A stretch of DNA of 63,422 bases, filler included, from Globobulimina sp. (Eukaryota): assembly GCA_003354225.1 (NCBI GenBank). It is 21 parts of 21 records of this genome, joined end to end, with 100 filler letters (N's around TTAATTAATTAA, not from the genome) between each part and the next. Parts side by side here need not be neighbours in the genome. Positions count along the whole stretch, not along the records: positions 57,477 to 60,399 come from PIVH01004352.1; positions 60,500 to 63,422 come from PIVH01004353.1; 19 more parts are not named here. One strand, given 5' to 3'. Below, piece by piece: positions 59,639-63,422 of this stretch. Numbering within the stretch: position 1 is the stretch's first letter; each line of letters starts with the position of its first letter. The notes below the pieces were generated by a model. The model was not told the DNA's origin, searched no databases, and saw nothing but the letters and a program-made list of their open reading frames with translations. Position numbers and translations under genes: made by a program.

Positions 59639-60399
59639 ATGAAGCCTACATCTTTATACAGAGAGTGGTCCGGTGAGTCTGATAGTTCAAGTGATGGGGA
59701 AGATATGTTTAATACATTAACTGGATATGTATCATTAACACGTATGCCGCAGAAAACGCATACACAATTATCATGGATAAACAATGAAAATTTACAAAGA
59801 TCGACTACTTATGGCAATGCTCCAAAACACTTCAATCCAAATCAAAAAAAGCACAAATTACAATTTAAAAGAAGAACAAAAATCGCAACTAGAGGATACA
59901 TTTCATTATTTCCAAAATTTGATTTGTTAATATGGTATCTGCCAACATATATTTTTCGAAATAGACCCAACAAATGTAAACATTATACATTATTAACTGT
60001 TTGTATTTTCTTTGTGTTTTGGACAATATATTGTGAAATTTACACCGTTATTCTCGTATGGTTCAATCACAGCACTTATAACAATATTTCTCGTGGCATA
60101 TTTTATTTAATATTATATCTGAATCCTTTCATTGGATCATGTCTTCGATTTTATTTTTTTTATTACAAATTTGATTGGAATATATGGCATAAAACAAAGA
60201 AAATAGAAAATAACGGAGAGATGAGCTATATATTAAGTGAGAGCAAAGAATATAAAACAAGATTGCGTAAATTAATACGTATCTATTCATTCATATTAAT
60301 ATTTACAATTTTATCAAAATATATATTTGTTGTTTATGTTTGGTGCCAAATTGTATTGTCAGAGATTGACAGACAAGAGAATTTCAACCTCATTTCATA
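59639..60399 (+). CDS. Multi-pass membrane protein (3'-partial)
   Basis: ATG ORF with at least three TM segments. Confidence 0.6.
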
Positions 60400-60509
60400 N
60401 NNNNNNNNNNNNNNNNNNNNNNNNNNNNNNNNNNNNNNNNNNNTTAATTAATTAANNNNNNNNNNNNNNNNNNNNNNNNNNNNNNNNNNNNNNNNNNNNA
60501 TTTCTTTAA

Positions 60510-62249
60510 CTTCAATATTATTATCAATTAACGTTTGAATACCATCAAAATGATCATAGTGTTGGATTTAAACCGCATAATAATAATAATAATAATAATT
60601 ATAATAATAATCGGGGATATAATAGGAATTATGGTTATAATCGGAGAGGGAGAGAGAGAGTGAGAGGGAGAGGGAGAAGGGGCTATGGACAGAGAGATCG
60701 TAATAGGAATTATAATAATAATAATAATAACAATAATAACAATAATTATAACAGAAATAGGAATTATCAGAATCAGAATCGGCAGTATCGATCCAATCGG
60801 AATCGAGGCATGGATCATAATGCAGGATATAATAATAATAATTATTATTATCGGACTAATAATCAATTTCAAAAACGGCACGTCCAAGAAAGAGAAGGTG
60901 AGATTATTACTGCAGAGAAATATAAAAATATACATTTAACTTTACCCAAATGGTGTAATCATAGTTCGATAGAAACCTTATTTGGCGGCGGTGGTGATCA
61001 TCAATTATTGGATGATAGTTTGTATTTAAATTTTTTATTATCGCGAGCGAGTGATGGTGTTTTTGAATTTGTAGGATTTAAAGAGATAATATTTTGTGGC
61101 TTGTCTTATTTAAATAAGGCAATGTATGCGCGGCTACATGACACGGCACCGATATTTAATCGCTTATATATAAATGATTGGAATTTAGAGTTAGATGTTG
61201 GACGCGACCGCTTCATTAAATATATTGGTGGTGGCCATGTATTCAACAAAAAAGGCTTATTTGCATACAAAAATATCTATGGTTTACGCGAATTTATAAT
61301 TTCTTACAGTACTTCGTTAACGGATTGGTTGTATGCTGTGCCTTGGGACGAATTGAAAGAATATTTGCAAAATGCAAAGAATTTGGAGACTGTAATAATT
61401 GGCTCCTTGAATAATAATAATAATAATAATAATAATGGCAACAACGAGGATAATAATCAGGACATGAATAATAATGAATTAATGTCGCCGTTAATTAGTT
61501 TATTTTCCTCGCTGGTTGCAACCAAAACATTTATTGTAGAATCCACTCCATTTAATATCACCAGTGATTTTATTACCAATTTGAGTCCAATTATCACCGA
61601 TTTACGTTTGTTTGATAAAAAAATAGTTTGGAATGAAACTTTATTGTCGACCATCAAGGCACGTTTTGGTAATTTAAAAAGATTTGGGTTTCCCGCAAAT
61701 TGTATAAATATGCCATCAATGATATCGTGTATTGAAGATTTATGCCATTCCGGCGAATTAATCATAAAAAATACAAATACAAAACAATTATTACAAAAAC
61801 AAGACTTAGCAATGTTATACCAACGATTTGATAAAATTGAGATTGATTCATCCCTTATTCAGCAATATCCGTCCATTAAAAATCAAACTAAAATCAAACA
61901 ATTTACCATCAATGCAGATACACATAATTTTTTTGTTCCATTATTGAGGAATATACAGTCTTCTGTCCAACATTTAATCATTAAAAATACTGCATTTTCG
62001 ACCAATAATATTATTATTGATATATCGCAAAAATCAAAGTATAATACGGCTAATATTACACAATTAACAATGATTGGATTTGATAATCATTTAAAAGAAA
62101 TGCAAAATATTTTAAATCATAATTTATTTCTCAATTTAAGAAAATTAAATATTCTGTCTTATAATAATAATAAATCCAATATTTTTCAATTAAAAAATAA
62201 AAATAATAAACTTACAATAACATTTTCAAAGAATTATAATAAGTATTAA
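60510..62249 (+). CDS. Protein with RG/Asn/Tyr-rich disordered N-terminus and degenerate leucine-rich repeats (start not seen)
   Basis: RGRGRRGYG and polyN tracts; NLETVII, NLKRFGF, SVQHLII, NITQLTM, NLRKLNI. Confidence 0.6.
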   Translation, partial: LQYYYQLTFEYHQNDHSVGFKPHNNNNNNNYNNNRGYNRNYGYNRRGRERVRGRGRRGYGQRDRNRNYNNNNNNNNNNNYNRNRNYQNQNRQYRSNRNRGMDHNAGYNNNNYYYRTNNQFQKRHVQEREGEIITAEKYKNIHLTLPKWCNHSSIETLFGGGGDHQLLDDSLYLNFLLSRASDGVFEFVGFKEIIFCGLSYLNKAMYARLHDTAPIFNRLYINDWNLELDVGRDRFIKYIGGGHVFNKKGLFAYKNIYGLREFIISYSTSLTDWLYAVPWDELKEYLQNAKNLETVIIGSLNNNNNNNNNGNNEDNNQDMNNNELMSPLISLFSSLVATKTFIVESTPFNITSDFITNLSPIITDLRLFDKKIVWNETLLSTIKARFGNLKRFGFPANCINMPSMISCIEDLCHSGELIIKNTNTKQLLQKQDLAMLYQRFDKIEIDSSLIQQYPSIKNQTKIKQFTINADTHNFFVPLLRNIQSSVQHLIIKNTAFSTNNIIIDISQKSKYNTANITQLTMIGFDNHLKEMQNILNHNLFLNLRKLNILSYNNNKSNIFQLKNKNNKLTITFSKNYNKY

Positions 62250-63251
62250 CGTATTTTGACTTGACATGTTGTGTATATTTGGTTTTTACAGAATGGAGTG
62301 TAATTTTAGCTTTTTTTTTTAATCCTTATTTTAATTTGTTTTAATTTATTATGTGTTTTTTTTAATTCTTTTTTTTTAACGAACGTTGTCAATCACACTC
62401 AAATATTTTAGTTATGTTCTTCATATTTTTTACATCCATTGATATTATATTTTTTGTCTTCTTTTTACGACTTTTTTTTTAATTTTGTTACACATTTTTT
62501 GATTGATTTGCCTTTTTTTTTCCATCACACAGTTTAAATACATAACATTTTAAATTCATCCTTTTGTTATTTGTTACATGTGATCGATAGATAATCTTTG
62601 TGCGCAAAGTACTAGAAATCCTAGAAGGAAATCGAAGTCATATTCTCACAGAATGACGTACTGTGGTACTGGTGATGCTGGTCAACACTTAAAGCTTTTA
62701 CTAACGCAGTTTATCTTTCCAGTATATTGTCATCAAAATCATAATCTTTTCAGTTTATTTATTTTCCGTTCCTTTTCATTAAATATAATTATATTCGCTT
62801 GACACAAATTCAAAGTTTCGATAATTTTGTGCTGGCGCAAAATGAAAGTAGGAGCATCCTACTTTTTTTTTCAAGAGGAAGGATGGATCCTACTTTGCTT
62901 AGAGGTGCATAAAATTATCGAAACTTTGCAATTTAATTTTCCAATCAACATCAAACTTCCGATGACGTGGCAATTCTCGCACAATCACATCATCCTTAAA
63001 TTTTCATTTTGCAGCCATGTTGTCATATCCACGGAGTTACAACTTAGGAACAGGGAGCGGAACAGCAACACAAACTGTAACAGAAGAAGGCGTAGCTACA
63101 CAAACACCAACAGCAAAGCAAAAGGAACCATAGCAGCAGCAGTAAAAGGCAGAGAAGGAGGCAAAGCCACTGCTACATTTTATTTTATTTTCTTCGTCAA
63201 AAAGTTAACTTGTAAAAACATTTTGCGGAGCTGTATATATTATCGATGACT

Positions 63252-63422
63252 AGCTCACTTCAAGAAAATCTTAATATCAGGGTTCTCACATCATAGACGA
63301 CAATGCAAGGATAGATTTTTCCAGGATTCTAGCATATGAAAGAAGAGACAAATCTATGCAATAAAGGTAAAAATTTGTCGTCTATGAGGTGAGAACCCTG
63401 ATATTAAGATTTTCTTGAAGTG
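63252..63422. mobile_element. MITE-like fold-back element with TIR of at least 48 bp (right end cut by contig end)
   Basis: 63256-63303 pairs with 63375-63422 with one mismatch; non-coding 71-nt spacer with inner IR atagattt/aaatctat. Confidence 0.8.

Noticed and set aside
2928-60499. Regularly spaced TTAATTAATTAA palindrome resembling a repeat array
   Set aside because: Synthetic linker embedded in N runs; ORFs ending in 'LIN' or X are artefacts of it
62827-63249. 140-aa ORF with non-ATG start
   Set aside because: No ATG, no motif and atypical composition; not supportable as a gene
1-63422. Alternative genetic code or stop-codon readthrough to explain split ORFs
   Set aside because: Most splits resolve with canonical frame-preserving GT-AG introns; TAA, TAG and TGA all end conserved genes

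Overview
This window is not one locus. It is an artificial concatenation of 21 unrelated contigs of about 2.92 kb, ordered by decreasing length and joined by 100-nt linkers (N44-TTAATTAATTAA-N44, stops in all six frames), so adjacency across a linker means nothing. The DNA is AT-rich, eukaryotic, uses the standard code and has short GT-AG introns (about 53-194 nt). Gene families and composition suggest a rhizarian protist such as a foraminiferan (inference); contig 8 and possibly contigs 1 and 3 may come from other sources. Recognisable genes: kinesin, hexokinase, class II PRPP synthetase, TFIIH p52/Tfb2, importin-alpha-like, ENT transporter, FDXACB1-like, GT77-like, KRI1-like, kinases, 7TM receptors, and a non-LTR retrotransposon (APE-RT-RNase H). 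The most unusual signals are: (1) a ~250-nt fold-back capped by a GCGTAGC mini-hairpin, whose arms differ mainly by regularly spaced single-T bulges, next to a GG-rich tract and an ORFan; (2) an RRM spliced in frame to a PHTF/7TM-ion-channel-like membrane domain; (3) a dCache receptor with an intact amino-acid-binding motif split by an insertion; (4) an ADP-ribosyltransferase-like domain with an H-S-E triad; (5) a MITE-like TIR whose remnant lies just upstream of a gene on another contig; (6) a papain-family pseudoprotease, tRNA-3'-half-like arrays and very short bidirectional promoters. All family calls rest on motif recognition by eye; no database search was run.
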